From Paraphysomonas bandaiensis (Eukaryota; Protista; Chrysophyceae), in contig CBFFRP010000363.1 in NCBI GenBank assembly GCA_965644295.1, positions 124,001 to 188,000 on the forward strand: a stretch of DNA of 64,000 bases, in the 5' to 3' direction. This document shows, piece by piece, positions 52,553 to 64,000 of the stretch. The notes under the pieces are model-generated. The model was not told where the DNA came from. It saw only the letters and a program-made list of their open reading frames with translations, and ran no database searches. The stretch's first letter is position 1, and each line of letters opens with the position of its first letter. Both the position numbers and the translations under genes were made by a program.

Positions 52553-55500
52553 ATGAAACAAAGTGATATGGATGAAAGTGCTGTCCACGTAATCCAGACA
52601 AGAGATAAGCGTCTGGTTATTTCACATACAGGCGATATTTGTGCTTTCGATGTGGATAGTTTTGAATCAAAATTCAGGATACAGCACAGGTTCTCGAGCT
52701 GCTATTCGCCTGCAGAGAGTATCCCCGTCGAGACCGACTCATCCCATATATCTTCCAGCTTGATGGAAAGTGAATCCACTCATTTCTTTCCTCCGTCCCC
52801 TCTATCGGCCTCTAGCAATGAGGGAGAAACACCTCAGCGGTTTGTCCGGTGCTTATGCAGGTAAATTGTTGTTTTTCGATATGTATGACCATCATGATTA
52901 CACAGGGATATGTATACTTGTCTACCCTTGTCTTCTGCGGACGATGATTCTGTTGCTACGCTGGAGGAAATAATACCAGATTTCAAAAGTAGTTCAGAAG
53001 CAGATAGCCAATGGTTGGTTGTTGCTGAACAAGGCTGGACCACGTCCGTGAAGCCTTCAGTGGTGTGTGAGGCGGACCTAATGGAATTTTTCGCTCCCCT
53101 CTCAAATTTCTGCTCCCCTCAGCTCAGTGGGGCTGCAGGAGCGAAACGATGTATAGAGCGAAAACTCTACCGCGCTTGCGAGAGAGCTGGTGGGTTTTGG
53201 GATGTAGATGGCTGTGACGTACCGTCATCATTGGCGCGTGGTGAAGTGGTTAAGGGAATGTGGCGTGTTAGGGCTTGCGACTTTTATCAACATTTTGAGG
53301 TAGTTTGTTCACCTTACACTACCCAATTTCCTGGAGATGATAAAGACCTAGCAGCTCAATTTGCAGCTCTTCAAAGCGCTTCTCTAGTAGGCTTGGTGGA
53401 TCCCCTGTGTTTTACTGATTGCTCCTCGAATGACGATATGGACGTATTAACTCTTGCATCCCATCGTCTTTCTCTTTCCCAAGAGGGTAGACACAGCAGT
53501 ATTTCTGACAATGACAGGCTACGACACCGTAAACCCACTCCGCGTTTGTCTACCGTGACTCCTTCGAAGGCCCGACCATCATACAAGGCAAAAGAAAGAG
53601 TTGTGGCCGCTACACAGACAGCTGCCGGGCGATGGCTCCCGGACGATAGTAATGCTGATTCTGAAGCGGAGATATTCACAGGCAGGTCTCAAAGTAATAT
53701 TAGTATTTCTGATAGTACGGTCAACAATAAGGGTTACAATATCGGATACGACCAGGTGTACCGCGATAACAGTGAACAAGACGGCCACGATGTGGTTGCT
53801 CATTCTCAGTCTCCGATCGGATCTCCTTCGATGCGGCATCATCACACACGTACTAAGAGCGATCTCATTCTCGGCTTGAAATATTGTGGCACCGATAAGC
53901 CCACTGTTAAGGGAGAGAGTATATTATGGTCCGGGTACCTGGAGAAAAAGGGAGGGCGGGGCCTGCGAAGCACGTGGAAAAGGCGTTGGTTTGAGCTGGA
54001 TGGGCAGAATCTCACCTCTGGCTTCGTATACTACGACTCAATGCCGTCACCAAGCGAAAAGCACGATAGAGTAGTACTGGGCCGTATCCCACTTCTATGT
54101 TGTGTGGTAAAAACTCTGATCACGAGCAGTGGGGAACCGGTGATGGCCCTGTATCAGCACATTTTTCCTCAGGGAAAGAAAGTTTCAGGTTGGGGTTCGC
54201 CTAACTACCGCGGCAGGATGTCCGGGCTCTCATCGTCTGGAAATTCTCCAGGCGATTACGAAAGCCCAAAGCGTGGTAGACGAAAGCGACCTGGCAGGCT
54301 GAGTATAACTCGCAGCAGCAGCTCATTGAGCCCGCCTCCCTCTCCCCGGGGCACCATCAACGGAAATTCGGAATTAGGAGGGGAACGAGGTAGCTCACTG
54401 AGCCCTCTCAGAACTCGGGTAGGCGCTGGGAATTTACATGTAGACGTTGAGTACGATAACTACTTGGGTGTTGATGCTGCCACAAGCAGTCCCGAAACGG
54501 ATAGAGTCTTTTATTTACGAATGGATGGTAAGTTTGGCGTCCGCGACGGTCTTGAACAGTTGCTCCGCGAATCGAGTGTGTATGTAACCACAGTGGTATT
54601 TCATAACGCATGCTCTTACTCTTCTCTGCGAGCGCGACTGTCTGGGGATGCCGCTATTGAGGCAAAGAGCAAGACTGCTCTACTGGCAAAGAATTGCTTT
54701 TATTTTCTAGCTCATGCTGCTGGAGGGAGTCTGCAATTTCTCGTGGATGATCCTCCCGGAGTTCAAAGTCGACTCACTATGGGTCAATCCGTGCAGTCTG
54801 GTGACTGTGGATACATGGAAAATGAAAGCTTTCTCAACGCCATGACTCAGGGATCAAAAACGCCAGAAAAGAAGCGTAGGAAGGCTATCTTTGCAGCAGC
54901 CAAAGCGATCAATAATTCAATACTACAGGTATGCCCTTTTCTTAGATTTATTTTCGTGACGTACGAAGCAGCTGCTGTTGGGGAAACAGGAGACAGCGGA
55001 CTGTGAAATCAATGCACCTCTGTCAGGACCAGGCCTAGCGTTTTTTTCTCGTGTGTTTGGTAGGAGCACTAGGGGAGGTGTTCCAAGTGAACTGCTGAGC
55101 ACCCAACCTCGAAATATTGACTGGAGCTGTGTGGATGTTAACATGCAAGATGATCACGGCAATACCGCGCTCCACATTTTGCTGCAGGTCAGTGTCTATT
55201 CTTATGAATGGGGCTGGGATATATATAATAGTTGTACGACAGACTGCCAACTCTCTACGTATCGAACGTTCCAAGGAGCAGGTAGAGGAGACCGAAGCTC
55301 TACGGTGCGTTATGACTCTCCTAGAAGCCGGCGCGAGGGTGGATATTACCAATTGTGACGATAGAACACCTCTGCACTTTACGTCAGATCTCCCACCATG
55401 TTTTGTTGCAGAGCTTATTTCTAGAGGAGGTTGACTTTTTATTTCAAAGCAGCTTTTTGATGTAACGTGGTATTTATTTTTATGCAGCGTTACCTAGTAC

Positions 55501-58385
55501 CGAAGATGCCCAAGGTGTAACTCCCTTTTCAGAGTGGGTGCGTAGCGGTAATGTCGATGTGCTATCCGCCGTGTTCCACTTTACGCGAGAGAATTTTGAT
55601 CCCATTGTTGCTGGAACTGCAGGCCGCTCGTATTCTTTAGTAGAATTGGTAAATTCCCGACATTGGATGGACGGATCCACTGCTCTGTGGCAAGCGATAT
55701 CAGGAGGTCATATACGGACGCTGTCCCTACTACTAAATGAGGGTGGAGCAGATGTAAATGTGCGCGATTTTAATTGGAACACACCGTTAGTACATTGTGC
55801 CAGCGTTTTCGTGGAGTGCACACGAGATAACCCTTCTGGGGTCATTGAGACGAGTGCTCTCTATCACCACTGTGTTGTGGTCCTCCTAAATGCTGGCGCG
55901 GATGTTAATGCCAGGAACATCAAGGGAAAGAGTTGTCTACATATCCTGGCTAATATTGATCCCATTTCTGTGAACTCGACACTTTTATCTGAACCAACTT
56001 TCAATGTGCTATTTGAGGCGGGAGCAGATCTACAAGCCACTTCATACGCAGGATATACCCCTTTGCACTATGCAGCTATGAAAGGTAACTGGCGACTCTT
56101 AAAGCTTTTGTTGGATCCAAGTGTCAGAAAAGTATCAGAAAATATAAAAGACTCCACAAGAATGAAAGGCTCGGATTTCCAACGAGTAGATCCGAATTAT
56201 CGCGGTCCTGATGGGAAAACCGCGCTTGATTTCGTACAGGATGCGCTGATGATGGAAGACTCAGATAAAGACGCACTGGGTAAGTGTGTTGACGTACTTT
56301 TAGGCAGTGGTGCCTACAAGCGCATTCATATGTCGCTACCAGTCGAGCGAGACAGTGTTGATATGAAGTTCATGAGCAGTGGGAAAACAGGGAACTACAT
56401 GATGAAGGCTGGTACGGTGGAGCGGGTGGTGGAGAGACTGACGGCATACCCAAGGGTAATGACCGCTGGTGCTGAAGACGATCGTCTGTGCTTCTTATTG
56501 CAGTTTGATAAGAGCACTACTCGTCTTGATCTGATATCGACATTTCTATCTCGATTACGGTCCATCATAAATTCCGCTTACCAAAGCCCTTCAGAGGAGG
56601 ATGCAGCTTTCCTAAATAAATTTATCGAGGTGGTGAGTTTCTATGCGCAGTGGTTCTCAATACGACCAGATGTTCTGGAACTTTCGCCCAATATTGCTCC
56701 TGACCCTACAACCAGCAGCACCCTACTAGAAAATAGGAACTTCTTTGGACAGTTCCTTGATATTGGGAACATTTTGTTGTCTGTTGTGAGATCAGACTTG
56801 ATTTCTATTGACTTTAGCGTAAGTGACATCGTTGTGAAGCCCCGATCGTCAGATATTGATCAATTATCTCAGTATCTAGCGGATCTATCTGCTCTCCTTG
56901 AAAGTGGACTCGTGAATGTCGATAGGTGCCGATTCCAGGAAAACTTACAATCCATTTTGCATGTGATAAAATATTTGTTCAGCATAGATAATAGACATAG
57001 AGATGGAGAGGACGTGACGAGTGTTGTTTACTGTCATAGTGTTGGCGAGAAATTTGCCGTAGATTCTGTAGTCAGCTCACAGGCACCCAGTGTAGATTCA
57101 ATGCTCTCCCGTCCGTCCCTTTCTTACGCCCCGGACCTCATGAAGTCAATTGGAGAACTCGATGATGACCTTGTGTCTAGCGCGATGGCTGGGATCACAT
57201 ACTACAGCTTACGCAACATGGTTGAAGCCTATTTTTCTCGACAGCCGGGCACCGGCTACGCCACAACCGCATCCAGAGTAACGACACAGGAGGACAGTGG
57301 TGTTGGCACCAATTTAATGTGGGGACTGGCGCCCACCCAAATGGCGCAGCAACTGACTCTAGTCATGCATGCACTTCTTTGTTTCATCCCACCGTCGGAA
57401 TTTTTAAATGGTCAATTTCGAAATCCGTCTTTAAGTCCTAATTTTACAGTTCTAAAACAAGCTTCCAACAGAATTATATTTACTCTCGCATCGGAAATTC
57501 TTAGTCATAATAGTGAATCTGCAAGAGCCCATGTTATCTTGTATCTGATTCATACTGCAGAATGTTGTTATCACGTTCGAAACCTTGAGAGTGTCGTCAC
57601 CATTGTCACTTGTCTAGAGATGACTGCGATATATCGCTTGAAACGCACTTGGAGAAGAGTGGAAGAAGCGTCCCCCGGGAAATGGCTGCACTTGAAATCT
57701 TTAGTAGGGACGGGGGGTAGGGCGCTGGATGGTGTCCTACGGAAATTAGAAAGTCCATCTGTCCCAACTATAGGAAATATACTACGACATCTAGTCAACC
57801 TCTTCGAAGAGCCATCTTATATATTTCCGGATACCTCTCACGTTTATCGACAAAAGAGTTTTCGGGCAAACCTGAAAACCAGCGAATCATTAACAAATGT
57901 TACTGCACCAACTGAACGTTCGATATTATCCGTGGATGATGTAGAAAAACCCTCTGACCAACAGACACTCGTGGCTGTGACGTCGCCCGCGCAGGCTGTT
58001 GTGGAAGACGCACATAATGAAGCCCTTATAAACTTTCACAAGTTTAGGAAGATAGGGAAGGTTTGTCATTTTAGTTGCTGTCTACCGTCCATAATACCTG
58101 ATATTGTAGCTTGTGAAGACGGTTTACTTATCCACAGTCACACTCTACCCCTTTGAGTGCGACTTCAATGTTATCAACAGGTTTTTCCCTCCAGCTGGTA
58201 CCTCTGGTGAGATTGGATCGCGAAAGACGTACGACTCTGAAGAAGAGTGTTATAACAGATCGCTGATTCTGGAAGAAAAGGAGTCGAAAGAAGGCTCATG
58301 TAAAGGAACAGGCTTACAAAAACCGAAAGCAGGAACCTCACGTTTATCTCATAAACTGCAACGGTATCAGTCTAGTCGTTTTTGA
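52553..58385 (+). CDS. PH domain - ankyrin repeat - RasGEF (REM + CDC25) protein
   Basis: PH: SGYLEKKGG..WKRRWFEL. Ankyrins: GNTALH, GSTALWQA, GKSCLH, GYTPLHYAA. REM: KAGTVERVVERL. CDC25: MAQQLTL, IYRLKRTW, PSVP..G..L, LINFHKFR, YNRSL.LE. Multi-exon. Confidence 0.88.
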
Positions 58386-59211
58386 CTGGATAAAACAACC
58401 GGTATACTTCACGAATCATGTAGTGTTATTGTGTGAATTGTTGTTCTCTTTCTTAGCTAAACGTCGTGGGCAACTAACATGTTTTGTTTTCTGTGGAATT
58501 TCTTTTTGTTAAATGCGTACGAAGTTACAACTATGCTTCTAAAATTAAACTTATTGATGTTAATAAGACTTCTCTCGAAAATTATCATGTAATTAATTGC
58601 AATTACGGTATGATTAAAACAAACGCAGTATACATTCGACAAAAATGAAAATATGTTTTTCTGATCGTACGAATAACTTGTGTGACGTATAGAAAATAGA
58701 AAGCGTTGAGTTCTGCTGTATTGATAGGATATCAGAGTTAAGGGCTGACTCTTAAACGCCAAATGTAAGAAGTGCTGCTGCTACTGCTGCATTTGGAAGC
58801 CATAAAGCTAGCAAGAAGTTACGACGACAACTTGGCCCCCAGTATCGATCGACCAAGCACATGTTCAGTATAACCAACGTTGTGGAGCGTTTGTTCAGCT
58901 ACGTACTAGTAGGGTGACACATACCATTGAAACAGGGCACAAAGGAGTAAAGTGAACATGTAGTATGTCTATAATCCGTAGTCTTCATAATTCATAAACA
59001 TAATATAGTGTATAAGTTTCAGAAACACTATGGTGCAGTTATGCAGTCACATCAAATAAGCAAAGTAGCTACCAATCAGTGGGACGAAGCAACTGGTTCA
59101 AATTACGCGCTAGAGAAGAGGAAACATGAAACACGCATGGTATATATCTACCAGCAGCTAAATGCGACTTATCCTTCATATTTCTTACCTACGAAGTCCG
59201 ACTTTCACCTT

Positions 59212-60223
59212 TTAAGACTTAGACCTGGAGCGAGAAGGAGAACGGCGAGAGTCATTCTTATCATCTCCATTAACCTCTGCACCAGAGTTACTGCGATCCC
59301 TGATGTCTCTCTCCGGCACGGGCGAGTGGGATGGAGAGCGTCTTCTTCGAGTGTCCGGAGACGGAGAACGGCGCCGTGTATCAGGAGAAGGAGACCTCCT
59401 TCGACGAGAGTCTCTGTCACGGCTGCGGGATCGGTCTCTGTGATCCCTTCCTCGGGAACGCGAACGAGAACGGTCCCTTCCTCTGCGTGGGGGACGGGAG
59501 ACCTTCTGCCAGCTGTCAGATCGCTCATTACCATCAGTCTCATCGCGCTCAATGCGAATGTAACTTCCCATAATTTTGGTATCATCGTAGAGCTCAATAG
59601 CCCGGCCTACATCACCAGCCTCAGCGAACTCAGCAACAGCAGTGCCGCGTCCTCTGAGGTCGACATATACAGGCTCTGTGTCTCGTCTGAGCATATCTTT
59701 GAGCTCCTTCCATGAAGCATTATCAGGTAAACCAGTGATCTTAATACGATGAGGAGTACGCTGAGGAGGTCCTCTAGGGTTCCTGTCTCTCCCCCCTCGG
59801 TCTCTATCGCCCCCTCTGTCTCTGTCTCTGTCACGAGCTCCTCCTCGACGGCTGATCTCAGCTCGTATCCTCTTGTTCAGAATATAACGACCGTCCATGT
59901 CACGCACTGCATCCTCTGCATCTCTTCTGTCTTCAAACTCCACAAATGCAAACCCTGCTTGACAATCACAAGAGTGTCTCTCCACACACACATATATATA
60001 CATATATATATATATACATACATCAGCCACACTATCACTGTAACACTACATTGTATTCTCTAGTGTATTTTAATACATACACATATACATGAATAGTTTT
60101 TTTTTTACCTGGCGGTTTACGTGCAATCCACACGTCGCGTAGTCTGCCGTAGCGGTCAAATTCACGCCGAAGATCACCGGAGTTTGCATCAAAATCAAGA
60201 TTACCGACGTAGACAGTGGACAT
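59212..60223 (-). CDS. Serine/arginine-rich splicing factor (RRM + pseudo-RRM + RS domain)
   Basis: VYVGNL...[26 protein letters not shown] (SRSF3/7-like RRM, split by one intron), SWKELKD (the SWQDLKD motif of SRSF1-type RRMH) and an RS/RD-rich tail. Confidence 0.92.
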
Positions 60224-61625
60224 CTTGATGGATATGTTTGAGGCCTAGAGTGGAGGTATGAGATGTGGTGTTAGTCTGTATGAACACCTATGCCTCGATG
60301 CAGTGCTATGCTGCACTGTATTGATACCGAGATGTGTGTGTGTATGCCGTATGATGCAGCACTCTGCTGTGTGTACAGCTGCAGCATGTGTATCATACAC
60401 TATACACGTATATCGCATACATACCGTACGACTGCAGCATGCATGTATCACAATGTACGTCCATCCATCCACTGGCTATATTAGATACTACACACTACAT
60501 CGTTATACCATGCATGGTATACGGTACCATATCTACAGCTATATACAGAGCTGTATATGACGTATTCTAATGTGTGTATTTTACAAGCAGCAGCAGCAGC
60601 AGTGACTCGATGCACCATATATACAGCAGTATACCGTATACTATATCTAGATATGGAGCTACAGCAGGATGTGGTGAGATAGATATGAGATACTCGGCCT
60701 ATCAGACGACACGTGCATTGAGATCGACGAGTATGTGAGTATATGAACAGATTTGCGCTTATTGTACCCACCTATTTACCATCTTGGTTGACTGGACCAT
60801 ATAGACAGAGCCACCCTATTCGCCTCACCCGTGTTCATCTTCACAATGATTGCGCGGGGATTCTCATATGTGTACTATATAGGCCTTGAAAGGGATTGGC
60901 TTAACCCCAGAATGTGTGGGGTCTCTCGTAGTCATGTATGGACCTTGCAAGGATAGTGTTGATCTAGTTGGACCTTGCTTGGCGCCACACATAAAGAATA
61001 CCCCGGGATTCTAATAAAGACCTATGCATTGCTTAGTTTAATCAACACTGCAGTGGACGCCCTCTGAATAAGGCAACGTTTGGACTGTACATATTCTGTT
61101 GTTAAGAATTAATTTGCACCCAGTTGTAAGTCCTATGAGTGTGCTATGATATATGATAGAGAATGAATCAAATTGATTTCAATTCGTATATGTATAATCA
61201 TGCTTTAGTAATCATAACGTTAATTGTAATAACTAAAGTCCACCCAAAAAATTTTGGCTTAACATGTCTCCTGCTTAACAAAACAATCTTCAGCAAGTTC
61301 CTTCGATGTGATATATAATATATATTAAATACATACATATATGCACACATACATATATACATATATACACACATATACCGCAGTATTTCAATATCGAACG
61401 GAACCACAACAATAGCTACGTTATTCCTGTTCTTATTATTCCCCTTTGATTAGTAACGATTTCTAAGTGGTAAACTAATACATATTACTGCAGTGTCAAT
61501 CAAAGAGCTTATGAGATCGCATTTTACATTATATCCACGATTAAAAAACTTGCGATGAACGAATATTGGTATTATTTTTTATATAATTTTTTTGAACAAA
61601 GCAGCCCATTTACCAAACAATTTAA

Positions 61626-63770
61626 TTAGTCAAGAAGCCGCTTTTCCAAATCCTTATTTTCATCTTCTGCACGAACCCCAGAATACTCTTCAGTACGAGG
61701 GCGCATGAAATACAGAGTGACCACAATTAGCAGCGCCGCAAACAATGCCGCAGCAAGCGACAAGATAGATATCTGCGCCTTGTTCGACATGAGAGAAGAA
61801 GAGCAAGATGATTTCGAACTCTCTGCTGACGCCAGTCGATCCAAAGTAGATTCGATGACCCGATCATATAAACTTGAAACCATTGCAGTGGTCACTTCTG
61901 CATCAATGGAAGTATGAGGGAAACCCCAAAATGCTTCTCTATAGTCTGGATCCTGGACAGTAAACTGTACTGGCCGAGAAGGAAGTTTTTGACTATACCA
62001 CGTAGCCCAGCCAAATTGCCATCTTTGATTAGTGGCGAATTTGGGGAAGGTAGTGTTAGACCACTCTGCGATGTTCGCTAAGTAGTCTGGGTTGCAAACG
62101 AAGCCCCCAGCGAATGAAGATACGTCCATTCCCTCATCCCATATGCCTCCTGCACCCACAAAAGTAGCAGTACCGTCTTCCTGTGGAATTTTCGTAAACG
62201 ATGCGCATGTGCTACCACAGGTCCCATCTGTGAGGATGATAAGCTTCTCTGGTGGCACAAATTTCGCAGGACGGAAGCCATTTGATGGCATTGCCTCTGC
62301 TTCTCTGCAGTCAAGTGAAAATATATTTGTACGCCAATTTGTTACTCCTCCCTGGGTTACATTTCTTCCTGGGTAATAATATGCCCTACCGTCAGGGAAT
62401 GACTCCTGAGTATCTCTGTCCAAAATTTGTTCGACATCTCCGGCGTAGGGATACGGGTCAGGGGCATTAACCACGTCGATATACCTGTCCATTAGAGGAG
62501 AGTGTGGAAGATCATATCGCATCTGGACTTTAGTGTGGTCATTTTCATACTCCTCAACAAGCAGTTCAATGAGCCTCAGACCAAGGCATACATACCCTCC
62601 TCCATTTTGCATTACATCTACTACAATCATGTCGAAGTCCACCGACAAGCAAGTCTCAACATCATCCAAGAAGCCTTCCCAAGCATCTAAATAGTCTTCT
62701 CCTGGAGGAGAGAAACTAGCCACTTTCATGACTAATACTTTAGAGACGTCAGCGTCCTTCGCAGAACTCCCGGTGACACTTTGCACGAAGCAACTGACAT
62801 AATACGGTGAGTCAGGGGGGAGGATTTCCTCTCTATCAGGTCGTGATTCATGCAAACGGGTAGTTAGAGTAGGAGCAGGTTCGTGCACGGAGCGATGCAT
62901 CGGGTCAGTCACAGAGGAAGACTGCTTCAGTTGTGGAGCGGCAACCTCTTCGACATCCACTGCCGCACACAACGTTGTGTTGGCAAGCCCTGTAGTGTAG
63001 GAAGCCAGCCATGGTATAGTGTGAACTGATCCATCCGATAGAGTCAACTGTAAATCCTCTACGGGAAGTACTCCCACTGATATAGCACTACGATATAAGT
63101 AGGATCTGATTGCAGCGTTGAATCGAATTCCCCTGTTGTTACTTCTAGTCTCATGGGTGTCTCCCCACCCGGATACTTCCGTAGTAAATTCCAAACCGTT
63201 GAGTAAAGTTACTTGCTGGTCAATAAGAACATCAATATCAATCTCTGGATAGACTGCAGCATATGTGTCTGTATACAAATTCCGCATAAGATAGACCACT
63301 GGTTCATTGTCTAAAGTTTCCTCTGAGTTGTCGTCTTCGACGCGCATGTCGAATGCAAAAGGCTGAATAAATATCGCATTGTAGCAGGCAGGCTTCTGAT
63401 AACGAGTGTGAGCATCAATTGTCCTCTGAAAGATACTCTGTAGATGCTCCTGAAAGTCGATATCTGTAGCAAAGCCCCCAGCATTGACGATATCTTGAGT
63501 AGCAGACAGCTCGCCCTGGATGTCCATAGATATGGAGTAGGGGGGACCTGTAGCATGATACAACGCATCAAATCCAAAGTTCTCGAGAGACTGAGACAAG
63601 ACATCTAGAGTAGTATTCGCCCACTCCTCATTGAAAGGAATGGAATAGAGACAGTCGAGAGCATCCTCTGCAGTGGCGTAACAAGTCTCACCTACTGCAC
63701 AGGAGAGACTGCACTCCTGTCCATACACTGCAGATAAAAACCAAGCCAATATGATGTACAGGAAACGCAT
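61626..63770 (-). CDS. Secreted, C-terminally anchored peptidase S41 family protein
   Basis: Signal peptide MRFLYIILAWFLSAVYG, DAH, DVMQNGGGY, ILTDGTCGSTC (S41 nucleophile context) and a C-terminal TM helix. Intronless, 714 aa. Confidence 0.8.
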   Translation of the reverse strand: MRFLYIILAWFLSAVYGQECSLSCAVGETCYATAEDALDCLYSIPFNEEWANTTLDVLSQSLENFGFDALYHATGPPYSISMDIQGELSATQDIVNAGGFATDIDFQEHLQSIFQRTIDAHTRYQKPACYNAIFIQPFAFDMRVEDDNSEETLDNEPVVYLMRNLYTDTYAAVYPEIDIDVLIDQQVTLLNGLEFTTEVSGWGDTHETRSNNRGIRFNAAIRSYLYRSAISVGVLPVEDLQLTLSDGSVHTIPWLASYTTGLANTTLCAAVDVEEVAAPQLKQSSSVTDPMHRSVHEPAPTLTTRLHESRPDREEILPPDSPYYVSCFVQSVTGSSAKDADVSKVLVMKVASFSPPGEDYLDAWEGFLDDVETCLSVDFDMIVVDVMQNGGGYVCLGLRLIELLVEEYENDHTKVQMRYDLPHSPLMDRYIDVVNAPDPYPYAGDVEQILDRDTQESFPDGRAYYYPGRNVTQGGVTNWRTNIFSLDCREAEAMPSNGFRPAKFVPPEKLIILTDGTCGSTCASFTKIPQEDGTATFVGAGGIWDEGMDVSSFAGGFVCNPDYLANIAEWSNTTFPKFATNQRWQFGWATWYSQKLPSRPVQFTVQDPDYREAFWGFPHTSIDAEVTTAMVSSLYDRVIESTLDRLASAESSKSSCSSSLMSNKAQISILSLAAALFAALLIVVTLYFMRPRTEEYSGVRAEDENKDLEKRLLD

Positions 63771-64000
63771 CTTATTGGATTTTAATGGACACCATAGATT
63801 AGAGTAGGAGGTGATACATACATATATACGTGATCTATCAGCGCCGCGATACCATACCACTGTGTATACATGTGTGTCCATCCATACAAACATCATGTAT
63901 CGTAGATATATATACTATATCCTATATATTGTATTCCACGGTATACCACGTATATGATGCCCTTGTGAGATCTGCTGCTGGTGATGCCAGTCGGTCATTC

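Noticed and set aside
59008-59715. 235-aa plus-strand ORF
   Set aside because: Antisense shadow of the RS-rich SR-protein exon.
1-64000. Alternative genetic code, or tRNA/rRNA genes
   Set aside because: ORF breaks are explained by short GT-AG introns under the standard code; no structural RNA gene was recognisable by eye (tRNAscan/Infernal not run).

Overview
Eukaryotic nuclear DNA from a gene-dense protist, probably a stramenopile (inferred from gene content, not provable here). Most genes are split by short GT-AG introns of about 45-60 nt, so the ORF track fragments them. Genes in order: a partial unknown gene, a DDX60/Ski2-like RNA helicase, an atypical metallophosphoesterase, a C2H2-RluA pseudouridine synthase, and a ~10 kb IP3-receptor-like Ca2+ channel. 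Next come two near-identical inverted copies of an unusual single-chain FOUR-pore-domain TPK/K2P-like EF-hand channel, flanking a dead pogo-like transposase. These are followed by a divergent HSP20, a claudin-like 4TM protein, a voltage-sensor-domain/cyclic-nucleotide phosphodiesterase fusion, a novel repeat protein, a PH-ankyrin-RasGEF, an SR splicing factor and a membrane-anchored S41 peptidase. The central 22-45 kb is rich in mobile DNA: a truncated LINE (RT plus RNase H relic), a hAT MITE with 8-bp TSD, a young non-autonomous LTR element with 5-bp TSD, a 592-bp (TACA)n microsatellite and other dispersed repeats. The best novelty candidates are the putative voltage-sensing phosphodiesterase (46070-48832) and the 8TM/4P non-canonical-filter channel held in a gene-converting inverted repeat (25559-37168). 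All assignments are by motif reading; no searches were run.
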